The notes beneath the pieces were generated by a model that was not told where the DNA came from, ran no database searches, and saw only the letters and a program-made list of their open reading frames with translations. DNA of 64,000 nucleotides from Eimeria praecox (taxonomy: Eukaryota), in the NCBI GenBank assembly GCA_963920595.1, contig OY986946.1, positions 930,001 to 994,000 of the forward strand, in the 5' to 3' direction. Positions 23,330 to 37,612 of this stretch are shown in pieces (position 1 is the stretch's first letter; every line of letters starts with the position of its first letter). The position numbers and the translations under genes were made by a program.

Positions 23330-25440
23330 TTTAGCCCACCGGTGAAAAGTAACTGTAAAGTTACGTTCAACCCCGAATGCTCAGAGGCGGTGCCAGCCTC
23401 TCGCATGGCTGCCACTGTTGAGCCGAGCACTACAACTTTAGACGTTTAAAAGAAACACTAATAAAAAGGCAAAAGGAATTTGCCCAGGGAAAAAGGCTCA
23501 CTCCCCAAGCCCACTGTGGAATTGCCACTTGCGATTCGGGTTGGCAAGCCCAGAGGACATGGCTTCCGGCAGGATGATCGTGCAGGACGAGACCAGGGCG
23601 CCATAGTCATTGACGCACTTTCCCGAAGCTCAACCTGCCAGGCTCTTTGTTGTGCAAATGCAACTACCTTCAACGATTCCTGTTTTCACTCTAAATTGCT
23701 TCTTACTTCTTTGATATTAATGCTGGTGCACTGCTCGCAAAGAAGCAAGACGGACGCCGGGTTAACCTCTAGAGCGTAGGCAACGATGCCTTGTGATACC
23801 AAAAGAAGCGTGCGCTCCACCGATTATACGTTCCAGCTGCTTTTCACACTGGCCCTGGACGTGTTAACACAACGATGAAGCGAGTTGCTAGGATCCTTTT
23901 GGTTGCCTAGTTTGCTCCCGCCTCCACCTGGAATGTCCACTTTAAAAACGGTGGAACACAATCAAGCCAGGTATTTTGTAGGAACCTACAATCCCAAAGC
24001 GAATGTCGACGAAGATTTCGATGGATTTCATAATAGATTTACCAGCAGTTAGAGGCGGCAATTGCATCTACGTCGGTCTTCAGGGACTCAGCAAATCACC
24101 CCATTTCATCCCTGGGTTGATGCCAATTACAGCAGGGGCCGCCTAACTGTTCGTTGACCATATCTTAACGCTCCATATTTATCCGAAAAGTACCATTATT
24201 GCAGGGGCCCGAAGGGCGTTAAGGCAATCTGGCATGAATTCACGAAGCGGCTCAGTATCCATAAAAGTCCAGAGCGAAATACCCAGAGGCAGAACCTCAG
24301 GCTGAATGTAGTGAACAGTTGGCCAACACTGTTACTACGATAGATCCCTAGGCTAGACAGAGTAGGTGCGCACCCTACAATCTCGCTCTTAAACCTATGA
24401 TTCTTGCTGAAACCATTAATAAACACCGTTAACAACCAAATATCTGATCGAGTTCCTATTATTGTTCCCCAAGGAAAAGCCAGAATAATAGAACTGGTGA
24501 TCGACCCTCGCTGGGGGCCCGGACCAGAGTCACAGCAACCGCCTCACACCTTGCCCCAAGCTGGTGCTGGCTGGCGGGCACTCTGATCCTACTAAGCTGC
24601 CTTGCTATCTAAAGTGTCCTAATCTCGGAACTCTTCTTAAGTGTTCATTCCTTTTCATGATATCAGGCCTCTGGAGGAAACACCAGAGATCCATTGTAGT
24701 GCCTGTGCACTACAGAATACTCCAACCGCACGATTTTGGGGTTATTGCAACTTTGTATCTAGCAGAATCCATCGAAGCGGCGTGAGTCCCTTCTTTGTGC
24801 AGAATGGGTTTCGAGCATAGCGCTGCATTCTTTGGCCTGTTGCTCTCCGGGAACATTGACGTACACTGAAACGGTATTGGCTGAGCTGGCATTAGGGTTC
24901 TCTGTCGGGCGCCAGCCCTGTATAACCGCCCGTTGACTCCCATGCACAGCTTCCACTACCGCAGGAATGTAAGACGAGAGCACATGAATGCCAGGCAAAA
25001 AGCCATCGGAAACGGAATCTAGCAGCAAATTTCAGTCAAGAGGATTTGACTGTGGAAGATTTGTATGTTTCCGAAGCGTAAACGAGGGCGCTCATCCCAA
25101 ATTCGCCATGGGTTGGGTAGTGCCCTTTTCTGTGCTTTCTGGGGTTGATACGCTGTACATAGTGGGCATACCGTCAACGTGGAGGTGCCACTGTACTACC
25201 AGTGTTGGTTTCCTCAATTGTTTCAGGGAATCACCGAACACCTCCCACGAACTCTCACCGCAAAACTGCACCAACATCGCAGCGCGAGGAAACAACAGGT
25301 AGAGCCTGAGGTCTTCGAGACACGTGTACCGGCTAGCAAAGGGAAGAACAAACGTGCAGGTTACAGTAAATCGAACTATGAACAGCAACCAAAGTGGGTT
25401 TCTGAGGACATTTTTGAGTGCATTCATTCCTCAAGACACT
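23330..25440 (+). mobile_element. Decayed Ty3/gypsy (chromovirus-like) pol remnant
   Basis: KVTFNPECSEA and FRRLKETL (RT thumb), IVIDALSR (RNase H end, ~23605), FWLPS (HHCC region), ISMDFIIDLP..LSKSPHFIP (integrase core, ~24015), PKFAMGWVVPFSV..IPSTWRCH (GPY/F-like, ~25100), possible chromodomain NYEQQPKWVSE; many stops and frameshifts. Confidence 0.8.
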
Positions 25441-27374
25441 AATGGAAGTCCACCATGCAGGGGCAGGGTTTCCAGATGTGTTTATGTGCACCGCAGCTCA
25501 AATGCGCATTTTAATTTATCGTTATGTGACCATTGCATGTGTTGCCGACGATTAGAGCTAAACTACGCCATTATCTGCACATCTATGTACTATTACGATT
25601 TGGTATTCATTCATTCGTGAACTGCATGTTACAGCCTACTAATGTACTTATGGCTACCAGCGTTCAGCTGCCAAAAGCACCATTAATTTTTTCATGTTTG
25701 AGGATTTCCCCCCATCCTTTGCGGGTTGATGACTCCCCCCCCCTCCCGCTCCATGCTTTTCAGGAACCTGCTCTATGGCCGCAGCCTCATATTTGTAGCG
25801 TTGTAAATGCCTGCAGTGAAAACAGCTTCCAACGCTCGAATATACAGCAGTGTCCTGCTTGAGCAGTGGCCTCTCCACTGGGTGATCGCGCTGTCGCGAG
25901 CGATGGGGCAGCAGCGGCAGTTGCGTAGTGCAGCGGCATCTTCCAGAATCCCGATCTGGCCTCTCCCTTGTTATTTTTCCTTCTTCTTTCTGTTGTTTCT
26001 CATGCATAACCAGGCATGCGAGAACGTCTGCCGCTTGAGGGCAAGGGGAGGGCAGATCTGGCAAGCTACAGGTGGTTTTGGCATTCGTTTCTCTACCTGC
26101 TCACAGGCTCACTATGAAGGATCGATTAAGTGTTCAAAGCAGTCTACACTATAGTCTACCACGCTAGCATATGCAGCAAAAGAGCACTTGTTGTGCGTGC
26201 ATGTGGAGCGCCCTGCAGCACTCGCTGCAGCAAGACGCGCTGAAGCACATGAGAGACTTGCCCCTATCCCCATCAGCCCATATTCTGGTACAGTTGTACC
26301 TAGGGTTCTTGTACAACTCTTTCTTCATGTTTTTTTGACTCTATTACAGCCCATGGTGGTGCTCGGTTAAGATCGAAGGCTTTGGTTGCAGACAGAATAG
26401 CCTGTGAATCTTCCTTATAAGGCAGCATATTTATACTCCTTGCATATCATGCTTGACATCATTCGTGAGACAGAAAAACCTGTTGCTTATGCTTCATATT
26501 CGCCTCATCAGACACTGTTACGTGTGCTGTCTAAGAGAGTCAACAAAAATTTGTAGACAAAATACTCCATACAATTTAAAATTGATACTTTCATTTATCA
26601 GAATATTTTTGAAGAGCAAACAAACAATTGGGGGCGTGTCTACAAGAATGATTAGTAATGTATATCGGTGGTTGCCTTAGAATTTGGGGAAATTCAGGCG
26701 GTAAATACCGTAAGTGATAGTATTTCTAATATATTATTAAATATATTGTTGAAAAAAATAACAAATATCTTAATAAATATTTCAAAATTAAAAATATTTC
26801 AAAATCAAAGTCTACCAGAAAATCATATCCTAAGTTGGTGGTGACTCATGATCGATCATCATCGCATTATCATACATACAAGTATGGCGGCATGATGCCT
26901 CACAGATATAAACTTCTTCTTTGTCTTTCTTTATGATAATTAGTTTTTTAATTATTATTTTTAATTATAATTTACATACATTTCTAAATTAAATAAAAAT
27001 ACTACAAAAGAAAACGCCGCAGAAGAAGACGTAATACCCCTAATTCCGCCTCAAGACCATTGGTGCTAGACTCAGTAATGTTTTTGTTGCCTGTCTGTCA
27101 TCTTCTGTTTGTTTGTTGCTTTTATCTTTCTTTGTAATTTCAAACGACAGTTATTAATATATAATATATTTAATATTTAGAATATTATTAATATCCCAAA
27201 CTCCTTGAGTCCTAAGAGCTTCAAGATAACCTGCTTTCACGCCTTCTTCGATTTACATCCAATGCATATAAACATTGCGTTCAAAATAACTTTCTTCTCT
27301 TTTTCTGTTTTTCTTTGTTATTAATTTACTAAACCTGTTCAATCTCTATCGAATTTAAATTATATTTACTTATT

Positions 27375-28856
27375 ATGACGCTCTGCAGCATCTCTCTCTC
27401 TAAGAGACCCCCTAAGTATATCCACAAGTTAATTCGACAAATGCCTCGGTTTATATATGTTAGTTTGATGATATGTACATTATTTGTTTGTATTAATGAA
27501 GATAATAAAGAATCATTGTTTCCTTTAAGGACTTCAGGTGTCTGTACAGCTGCTGAAGCCGCTAGTTATCTTCCACTCAAAAACTTTTATTGGTCTGATG
27601 ATGATGAAGAAGAAGAAGAAGAAATAAATTTATTGAACGCTAGAGAGGAAGAAGAAAACAGAAAAAGCCTGAAGCGAAAGTATTTAGAAGCACTTCGTAC
27701 TTCTTTTAATTCGGATTCATTTGTTTGTGGGGATATTTTTTGTTATTCTTCTTTAAGTAAACAGAGAAAATATTTAAAAGATATAGCAGAAAAAATACAT
27801 ACATGGTATACAAATAAAAACAATAATAAATATAAAAACACTAAACTTATTATCTTCTTAAGACATGCAGAAAGCACAGCTAACAAGAAGTTACATTCTT
27901 TGAGAGGCTTTCTTTCATATGCTTGTAAGTTTTATTTTATTAAGTTAATTAAATATAAACAATTATTTATTTATTATTTTATAATTAACATACATTAAAT
28001 ACGCATATATTCTCTTCCCCTTAGCTAATATATCCATATTAGATAACACTAATAACATGTTTGTTTTCTTTAGTAGAACAAATAGAAACACTTTATACGC
28101 TGAAGTTTTATAATTTGTAAAGACATTCAGCCGCTCTTTAGGGTTTAGGGTTTAGGGTTTAGGGTTTAGGGGTTAGGGGTTAGGGTTTAGGGTTTAGCAC
28201 TGAGGGTATGCGTTTTAGGGTTTAGGGTTCAGGATTCAGGTTTTAGGGTTTAGCTTTTGAGGTTTAGGGCTTAGGGCTTAGGGTTTAGGGTTTAGGGTTT
28301 AGCGTTTAAGGGCTTAGGGTTTAGGGTTTAGCGTTTTAGGGGTTAGGGTTTAGGGTTTAGGGTTCAGGATTCAGGTTTTAGGGTTTTAGGGTTTAGGGTT
28401 GGAGGTTTGGGCTTTATTGTTTAATTGTTTATTGTTTCTTAGCATTTATTGTTTATTGTTTAATGCTTATTGCTTAGGGTTTAGGGTTTAGGGTTTAAGG
28501 GTTTAGGCTTTAGGTTTGAGTGTTTAGGGTTTAGGGTTTAACGCTTTAGGGTTTAACGCTTTAGGGTTTAGGGTTTAGGGTTGAGGGTTGAGGGTTTAGG
28601 GTTTAGGGTTTAGGGTCTAGGGTCTAGGGTTTACTGTTTAGGGTTTAGGGTTTAGGGTTTAGGGTTTAGGGTTTAGGGTTTTGTTGTTGTTTAGGGAGTA
28701 GGCTAAGAGGTAAGATATGGGGGAACGTGGATCCCGTGTTATCGGCGTTGGGGCGTCAGCAATGTGCTGCTGCTGCAGCAGAGTTGTTGTATCTGAAGGA
28801 GCTGTTGAACGAATTGCAGCAAACAACAACAGCAGCAGCAGCAGCAGCAACAGGAT

Positions 28857-28891
<35 letters not shown>

Positions 28892-29409
28892 GGAGGAGGA
28901 GGAGGAGGAGGGTTTTGTATTCAAGCATTTCTAGTGTCTCCGCTAATACGAGCTCTTCAGACAGCAAGTTTGTCTTTTCACGAAGTAGATAGTATTTGGA
29001 GGTGTGGGGAAGACACAGATCTGCTGCTGCAGCAGCAGCAACAGCAAGAGCAGCAACAACAACAACAACAACAGCAGCAGCAGCAGCAACAGCAACAGCA
29101 GCAAGTGCAGGTGAAGCAGCCACAAAGATATCAGCAGCAACAGCAGCAACAATGGCAGCAAAGACAACAACGCGTAAGATGGATAGTAACTTCTCTTCTT
29201 CGGGAGAAATATACAAATATAACAGATACAGGAACAGAAGCAGCAGCACTTCGTCGTCGTCTACACCAGCTGTATATACACCAGGCGATAGCTGAAGCAG
29301 TTTTTAATTTTACTCTAATACCTAAAAAAGAAAAATGGTGGCTGCCTTACTCTCCTACGATCTTGAAGAAACTGCGGCGACAGCTGCAGCAGCAGCAGCA
29401 GCAGCTGCT

Positions 29410-29440
<31 letters not shown>

Positions 29441-30082
29441 CAGAAGGAGGATTTGGAGGTAAGGGATTCGTTCTTAGAGGAAGAGGAAGAGATAGATGAT
29501 AATAAACAATTGTTAGGACGCCGCAACAGCATAAGCAGCAGTATATTAAGATTGATGTCTGACGGTTTGAGCAGCAGCAGCTCTTCTTCTTCTGTTGCTG
29601 CTGGTGCTGCTGCTGCAGCAGCAGGAGCAGCAGATCCTGCTGCTGCTGCTGCTGCTGATGATGATGAAGAAGAAGAAGATAGATATATTAATTCAACAGA
29701 AGAAAGAAATATATTTATTTTAGGGGGAGCAACAGCAGCCAAAACATCTGCTGCTGAAGCTACTCTGCTGCATACACTGCAGCAAACAGAGCAGCAACTC
29801 AATAAACCTAAGAGCTTTAAAAATAGACAGCAGCAATGGGATGCTGCTGCTGCTGCTGCAGCAGCAGCAGGAAGACAGGTTTATGAAACGTGGGGCCAAC
29901 TACAAAAGAGAGAAGAACTGCTGCTGCTGCTGCTATGTCAAACTGCAGCAGCAACAACATTTGTCTTCGTCTCACATTCTAATTTTCTTATTGCTCTTGA
30001 TAAACAAAATAAAATACAAAATGCACAGATAAGACCATTACTATTACATTGTAATAAAAAACCTTATGTTACACCCTTATAA
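27375..30082 (+). CDS. Histidine phosphatase / phosphoglycerate-mutase family protein A; exons 27375-27924 and 28695-30082
   Basis: IIFLRHAES, DPVLSALGRQQ, SPLIRALQTA, LLREK, VSHSNFL, NAQIR; the GTAAGT..TTTAG phase-1 intron joins the frames; hydrophobic N-terminal segment. Confidence 0.88.
28138..28680 (+). repeat. Interstitial telomere-like (TTTAGGG)n, degenerate, intronic
   Basis: Direct inspection. Confidence 0.95.
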
Positions 30083-30670
30083 ACCCTAAACCCTAAACCC
30101 TAAACCCTAAACCCTAAACCCTAGACCCTAAACCCTAAACCCTAGACCCTAAATCCTAAGCCCTAGGCCTTAAACCCTAGACCCTAGGCCCTAAACCCCA
30201 TACCCTAAACCCTAGACCCTAAACCCTACGCCGGTAAATCCTAGGCCTTAAACCTTAGACCCTAGGCCCTAAACCCTAGGCCTTAAACCCTAGACCCTAG
30301 ACCCTAAATCCTAGGCTTTAAACCCGAAACCCTAGACCCTAAATCCTAAACCCTGGACCCTAAACCCTATACCCTAAACCCTAAACCCTAAACCCTGAAT
30401 CCTAGATCCTAAACGCTAAACCCCATACCCTACACCCTAAACCCTAGACCCTAAACCCTGAATCCTAGACTCTAAACCCTAAACCCGAACACCAAGACCC
30501 TAAATCTTAAACCCTAAACCCTAAACCCAGACCCTAAACCCTAGACTTTAGACCCTAAATCCTAGATCCTAAATCGTAAACCCTAAACCCCAAACCGTAA
30601 ACCCTAAACCATAAACCCTAAACCCCAGCCCCTAAGCCCTACACCCTAAACCCTAAACCCTAAACCCTAG
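30082..30670 (-). repeat. Interstitial telomere-like (CCCTAAA)n starting at the stop codon
   Basis: Direct inspection. Confidence 0.95.
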
Positions 30671-30866
30671 ATTATAGACTTGATAGAGGGATAGGGGAAT
30701 ATGCTTTAAATTTATTTTTTTTAACTTTATTTCTTCAAAAGACGAAAAATCTGAAGATGTGTACAAATAATAAATAATAAAAATAAATATATTTGACGAT
30801 GATTGATGCATGCAGCCAACAGAAAATAGATAATAGAAATATTTAGATGCTTTATGTTTGTTTGTA

Positions 30867-30867
<1 letters not shown>

Positions 30868-30934
<67 letters not shown>

Positions 30935-31651
30935 ATATGTATATATCTATATCTATATATCTATATCTATATCTATATATCTATATCTATATCTACATAT
31001 CTATATCCATATCTATATATCTATATCTATATATCTATATCTATATCTATATATCTATATCTATATCTACATATCTATATCTATATCTATATATCTATAT
31101 CTATATATCTATATCTATATCTATATCTATATCTGTATATCTATATCTATATCTATATCTATATCTATATATCTATATCTATATCTATATATCTATATCT
31201 ATATCTATATATCTATATCTATATCTATATATCTATATCTATATCTATATATCTATATCTGTATCTATATATCTATATCTATATCTATATATCTATATCT
31301 ATATCTATATATCTATATCTATATCTATATATCTATATCTATATCTATATATCTATATCTATATCTATATATCTATATCTATATCTATATATCTATATCT
31401 ATATCTATATCTATATCTATATATCTATATCTATATCTATATATCTATATCTATATCTATATCTATATCTATATCTATATCTATATCTATATCTATATCT
31501 ATATCTATATCTATATCTATATCTATATCTATATCTATATCTATATCTATATCTATATCTATATCTATATCTATATCTATATCTATATCTATATCTATAT
31601 CTATATCTATATCTATATCTACCTATCTATCTATCTATCTATCTATCCATC

Positions 31652-31716
<65 letters not shown>

Positions 31717-31937
31717 GCTATCTGCAGGTTTCTGTCTCAGACACCTCCACATATCTATGTATCTGTATCTATATCTATATCCATATATCTCTATATCTCT
31801 TTATCTCTATGTCTATCTCTCTATCTATATATCTATATGCATATCTGTATATCTATATCTATGCCTATATCTATATCTATATATCTATATCTATGCCTAC
31901 ATCTATATCTATATATCTATATCTATATATATCTGTA

Positions 31938-32030
<93 letters not shown>
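30868..32030. repeat. Compound (CT)n/(TA)n/(ATATCT)n microsatellite
   Basis: Direct inspection. Confidence 0.95.
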
Positions 32031-32032
<2 letters not shown>

Positions 32033-32199
32033 TTATATTTACATATAGCCTCAGAAACGACAAAACGTACGTGACAGTCATCGTAGTATTTTAAAAAGAT
32101 TTTAAATAATATTAAGAACAAAAAAATTGTTTTTTGATAAGAGAGAAGTAGCTGTTGCTCGGGTGTATATACAGATGGTGTGTACAGTCAGCTGTATAG

Positions 32200-32256
<57 letters not shown>

Positions 32257-32311
32257 TACATATAGATATGCATACATGTATATATACATATAGATATGCA
32301 TACATGTATAT

Positions 32312-32364
<53 letters not shown>

Positions 32365-32439
32365 ATGTGCTCTTCCTTGTGTGTTAATGCGTTTCTTTTT
32401 TCGTTACTGAATTTGTGTTCGGTCGCACTCTGTTAAACC

Positions 32440-32514
<75 letters not shown>

Positions 32515-32525
32515 AATAAATAAAT

Positions 32526-32794
32526 TTAAAGCGGGATAAGTCGAGGGTTATCATCACAAATAAGTGAGAAGACGCGGAATTCTGCATTATTAAATTTGGG
32601 TGTATGTGTTAGTGTTTTAAGAAAGATAGAATGAGAGACGAGAAAGATAGATTGTATATATTTATTATTACATAGAGTAGATATTAATATTTGACTTCGT
32701 AATTCTAATAAAGATATATCTTCCTTCGGTACACTTCTATACAAAGGCAGTTTATTACTTTCTTCTATCCATCGTTTTATTCTTTCTTCTTTTA

Positions 32795-32843
<49 letters not shown>

Positions 32844-33025
32844 TATATTATTTATATTATACTTCTCTAATGACTCTAATTGTCTCTTTAGAGATATCTC
32901 TCCTGCTCTTAAATATATTTGTTTTATATTATTTCTATCCCCTAATATCAATGCTCCACTCTCAGACAAACCTTCTTCAGAAGCTGTTGTGCTTGCTGTG
33001 TCAGAGCCACCATTACCTCCTCCTC

Positions 33026-33065
<40 letters not shown>

Positions 33066-33184
33066 AGCAGCACTACTACTACTGCTAGTAGTAGTAGTAG
33101 TAGTAGTAGTTGTTGTTGTTGCTGTTGTTGTTGTTGTAGTGGAGCTTACAGAGCTATCTCCACAACTGCTGCTCATCACCATCC

Positions 33185-33250
<66 letters not shown>

Positions 33251-33252
33251 GT

Positions 33253-33287
<35 letters not shown>

Positions 33288-33538
33288 TTGTTCTTGCTGC
33301 TGCAGATGTTGCAGCATCTGCTGCATCTGTTCGTGTGTATGTGGGACCCACCACATATCTTTCGGTTGTATAATACTAAAATCAAACGTAGATCCCCCTA
33401 AGATTTTCTGGTGTCTGTACAGCTCAGATATACGTTTAATAAGTTTATCTTTCTCTGTTCCTATATCTCCTTTTGTTGATATCTTCTCTCTAAGCAATGG
33501 ACTAACAATCCATCTCACATTATTATTATTATTGCTGC

Positions 33539-33570
<32 letters not shown>

Positions 33571-33571
33571 T

Positions 33572-33603
<32 letters not shown>

Positions 33604-33769
33604 TCTGCTGCAGCAGCAGCAGAACAATACCAGCTAGGATCTGCATCGTGGAAGGTGTTTGCTGCTGTTTGAATTGCACGAGTTAGAGGAGATACAATAA
33701 ACGCATCAATACAAAACGGCTGCAGCATTTGCTGCTTCCCTGCTGCTGCTGCTGCTGCTGCTCCTCCTC

Positions 33770-33804
<35 letters not shown>

Positions 33805-34764
33805 AGTCTCGCATCTTCTGCTTCTAAATCTCTTATAGCTGATAACAACTTAGATAAATCTGCTGCTGCTCGACAACACTGAAGCATGCCGTTAGGTGAT
33901 AGAGGCACATCTTCTTCCCCCATATCTAAACATATAAACAAATAAATAAATAAATAAATAAATAAATAAATATATAAATATATAAATAAATATATAAATA
34001 AATAAATATATAAATATATAAAATAAATAAATAAATAAATGGAGGAAGAAAGAAATGAATAGAGAAAGAAATTAAAAAATAGATAAATAAATAAACATAA
34101 ATATATAAATAAATAAATATAAATACATATAAATAAATAAAACAAATACATAAATAAATAAATTTAAGAATAAATATAAATACATATAAATAAAGAAAAT
34201 GCATATATCTATATCTATATATCTATATATTTATATATTTATCTATCTATTTATTTATAAATATATATATATTTATATATGATAGCTATATCTATATCTA
34301 CCTATCTACCTATATATACAGACAGGCTCTGCAGCAGAAGCAGCAGCAGCAGCAGCAGCAACATGAGCAGCAGCAGCAGCAACATAAGCAGCAGCAGCAG
34401 CAGCAGCATTCCGTCTTCGTGTTTAGGAGTATATAATATGTATTTATCTAATTCTCTATTTTATTATATTCTTGCTATCAAGTATATTATTTTACTATTA
34501 TTAACTGCTGCTGCTGCTGCAGCAGCAGCAGCTACTGCTACTGCTCCTGCTGCTGCTCCTCCTCCTCCTCCTCCTCCTACTACTACTACTACTACTGCTG
34601 CTGCTCCTCCTCCTCCTCCTCCTACTACTACTACTATTACTGCTGCAGCTGCTGCAGCATGGACTAACCTCTAATTCTAAGTTTAGTGAACGACTCTCTC
34701 CTCCATACATTGAAAGTACTCTCTGCATGTCTCATAGCTATTAACAGCTTCGTCTCATGCCGCC

Positions 34765-34829
<65 letters not shown>

Positions 34830-35049
34830 AGCTGTCTCTGTACATTCCAGCAATGCACCTTCTTAGCTAAGGCAGCCATCGACTCGTCTTCTCTCTTCAT
34901 CTCTCTCTCACCCCACAACCAATAAAAAACAGATTTAGATAAAGAAGATAAAGAAGAAGATAAAGAAGAAGAAGAAGGAGAAGGAGAAGGAGAAGAAGAA
35001 GAAGAAGAAGGACAAGAAGAAGAAGAAGAAGCAGAAGAAGAAGAAGAAG

Positions 35050-35081
<32 letters not shown>

Positions 35082-35402
35082 GAAGAAGAAGTAGAAGAAG
35101 AAGTAGAAGAAGAAGTAGAAGAAGAAGGAGAAGAAGAAGGAGAAGAAGAAGGAGAAGAAGAAGAAGATAAAGAAGAAGAAGAAGGAGAAGAAGAAGAAGA
35201 TAAAGAAGAAGAAGAAGGAGAAGAAGAAGAAGAAGAAGAAGAAGAAGGAGGAGAAGAAGAAGAATCTATTCTGTCTTTTGTGCGATTACAAACACTCGGA
35301 TAGTGTACAGAGAAATCAGATAAGCGTAAATTTGTTGGAGACAAAACACCACGGCGCATCTCTTTATTAAACGAGCCCTCCCAGCCTCCCTCCTCCTCCT
35401 GC

Positions 35403-35452
<50 letters not shown>

Positions 35453-35826
35453 ATGCTGCTGATGCTGGTGAGGGTGGTGGTGGTGGTCGTGGTGGTGGTG
35501 ATGGTGGTGGTGTACTTCTGCTGCTGTTGCTGCTGTATCTGCTGCTGCTGCTTGAAGAGCTGATGATGCTGCTGCTGTATCTCCTCCTGCTGCTGCTGGT
35601 GCTGTATCTGCTGCTGCTGCTGCTGCTGCTGTATCTGCTGCTGCTGTATCTGCTGCTGCTGTATCTGCTGCTGCTGTATCTGCTGCTGCAGAGTATAGGC
35701 GGGCTGAAGCTAAAACGTGTTTTGTATTAAAGGGAGGAGCAATATATCCTAAAGAGAGTAAAGAAGAAGTAGATAAATTAATATCTTGATAAGTATGTCT
35801 AAATGATGGTTGCAGCACCTGCTGCG

Positions 35827-35868
<42 letters not shown>

Positions 35869-36262
35869 TGTTGCTGCTGTTGCTGCTGTTGTTGAATGTG
35901 TTTGTTCTTATACTCCTCTTCCAGATCTGCTGAGGATTAGCAGAAGACAGAGAAATCAAGAAAAGAGGAAGAGAGAGGAAACAGCTTCGTCTTGTAATAA
36001 ACACCGAGGCGCCACGAGGGTATAGTAATCTGCTGCTGATGTTGTTGCTGGTGTTATTGCTGCTGCCTTCAACAAATGCAGCTGGTGGGAATGTGAATAA
36101 ATTAAACATAAGTAATAAAATTAAAAAAATATAAAGAAGAAATGATTTAAAATGATGTATAAACCATAAACAATCCTCAACATCAAGATATCTCGAAACC
36201 TTCTTACGATCTTTATTGCTTGTTCTACAAGAAATAGAGAAAAACACAAAAAATAAAAACAT
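32526..36262 (-). CDS. Histidine phosphatase / phosphoglycerate-mutase family protein B; exons 36262-34669 and 33925-32526
   Basis: LIAMRHAES, DVPLSPNGMLQ, SPLTRAIQTA, PLLREK, VSHSIFL, NAEFR; the GTTAGT..TTTAG phase-1 intron is in frame; hydrophobic N-terminal segment; start codon uncertain. Confidence 0.86.
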
Positions 36263-37060
36263 TTCGTTCTTTCATTTCATTCTAATAAACAAATAAACAT
36301 ATAAATTTTACAAATATAACAAAACATTCACAGAAACACAAGAAAATATCTACGCTTGTCCGCCAGAATTGACGATGCTCTCCGAGAAGAACGACAAGAA
36401 ATCATGTATGAATCTCTACCGCCTTTGGTTTGATTATGTGAAAATCTGAAAATATTTATATAATTATAATTAAATCCCAAGAAAAAACAAGAAAATAAAC
36501 ATATTATCTCTTACTTTTTTGTTTTATTCTCTCACATTCATCAGTGCGAAAAGAGCTGCCTATACACCCCAAAGCCGTCGTCGCCTTCCAGCAAACACCA
36601 ACAAACTAATTTCAACTTTGTCTACACTTTTTTTTATTTTTTTTAATTTATTTATAAATTAAAACTTAAATTTTTAATCATAAATCAAAAGATCTTTCTA
36701 TACACACCACAGAAACATCATATTCAATACTTTCTCTCCACCCATTCAGAATACCCCGAAGCAACAACAACAGCTGTCTACATGTACACCTCAAACAAAC
36801 AGAAACGTATATTTATTTTATATTTTTTTTAATATTTACAATAATATACTTCGAAATGATATATCAAATAAGCCAAGCCATACAAAAAACAATTATTTCT
36901 GCTCCTGCTTCCACTAAACCTGCTTCTTCTACTCGTCCAACTAAGCAAATTTGTACACAAAGAGAAAAAAGTAGAAAAAAATTATATTCAGCTTTTCTAC
37001 TGCCTTCAGATCATTTTACTAAACAATTTCTTATCCTACGGCACCCATATATATATATAT

Positions 37061-37102
<42 letters not shown>

Positions 37103-37298
37103 ACATAATACAGATATATATAGCACAATTCGTATACTCATATTCTAGTTATTAAACAATAAATATTTATATATTATATATTATATATATATATATATAT
37201 AACGTAAAGCGTATTATTTGTAGGGTTAGGAGAACTTGTAGAAATTTTGTATTTTGTTTCAGTAAACTGAAAATTATAAATATTAAATGGAGAGGCGA

Positions 37299-37345
<47 letters not shown>

Positions 37346-37528
37346 AGACGTTGCTCAGCAGCACTTCATAAGAAAAGCTTCTTGCTTCTGTTGCTGCTGC
37401 TGCTGTTGCTGCTGCTGCAGTTGCTGCTGCTGCTGTTGCTGCTGTTGCTGTTGCTGCAGCAGACAAGAAATATTTTGTTGTATTGACCGCTGTCTTCTTC
37501 TTCCTCTCTTCTTTCTTTGTGTGATTGA

Positions 37529-37612
<84 letters not shown>

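Noticed and set aside
25450..26600. 3' LTR of the gypsy remnant
   Set aside because: A purine run at ~25459 is suggestive, but no matching second LTR or TG..CA boundaries could be identified
28138..30670. True telomere or chromosome fusion point
   Set aside because: The arrays are short, degenerate and lie within or next to an intact spliced gene; interstitial TTTAGGG is common in Eimeria
30847..32094. Long YI/SI/YL ORFs (also 39509-41079, 45798-46472, 60724-61494)
   Set aside because: Stop-free translations of microsatellites
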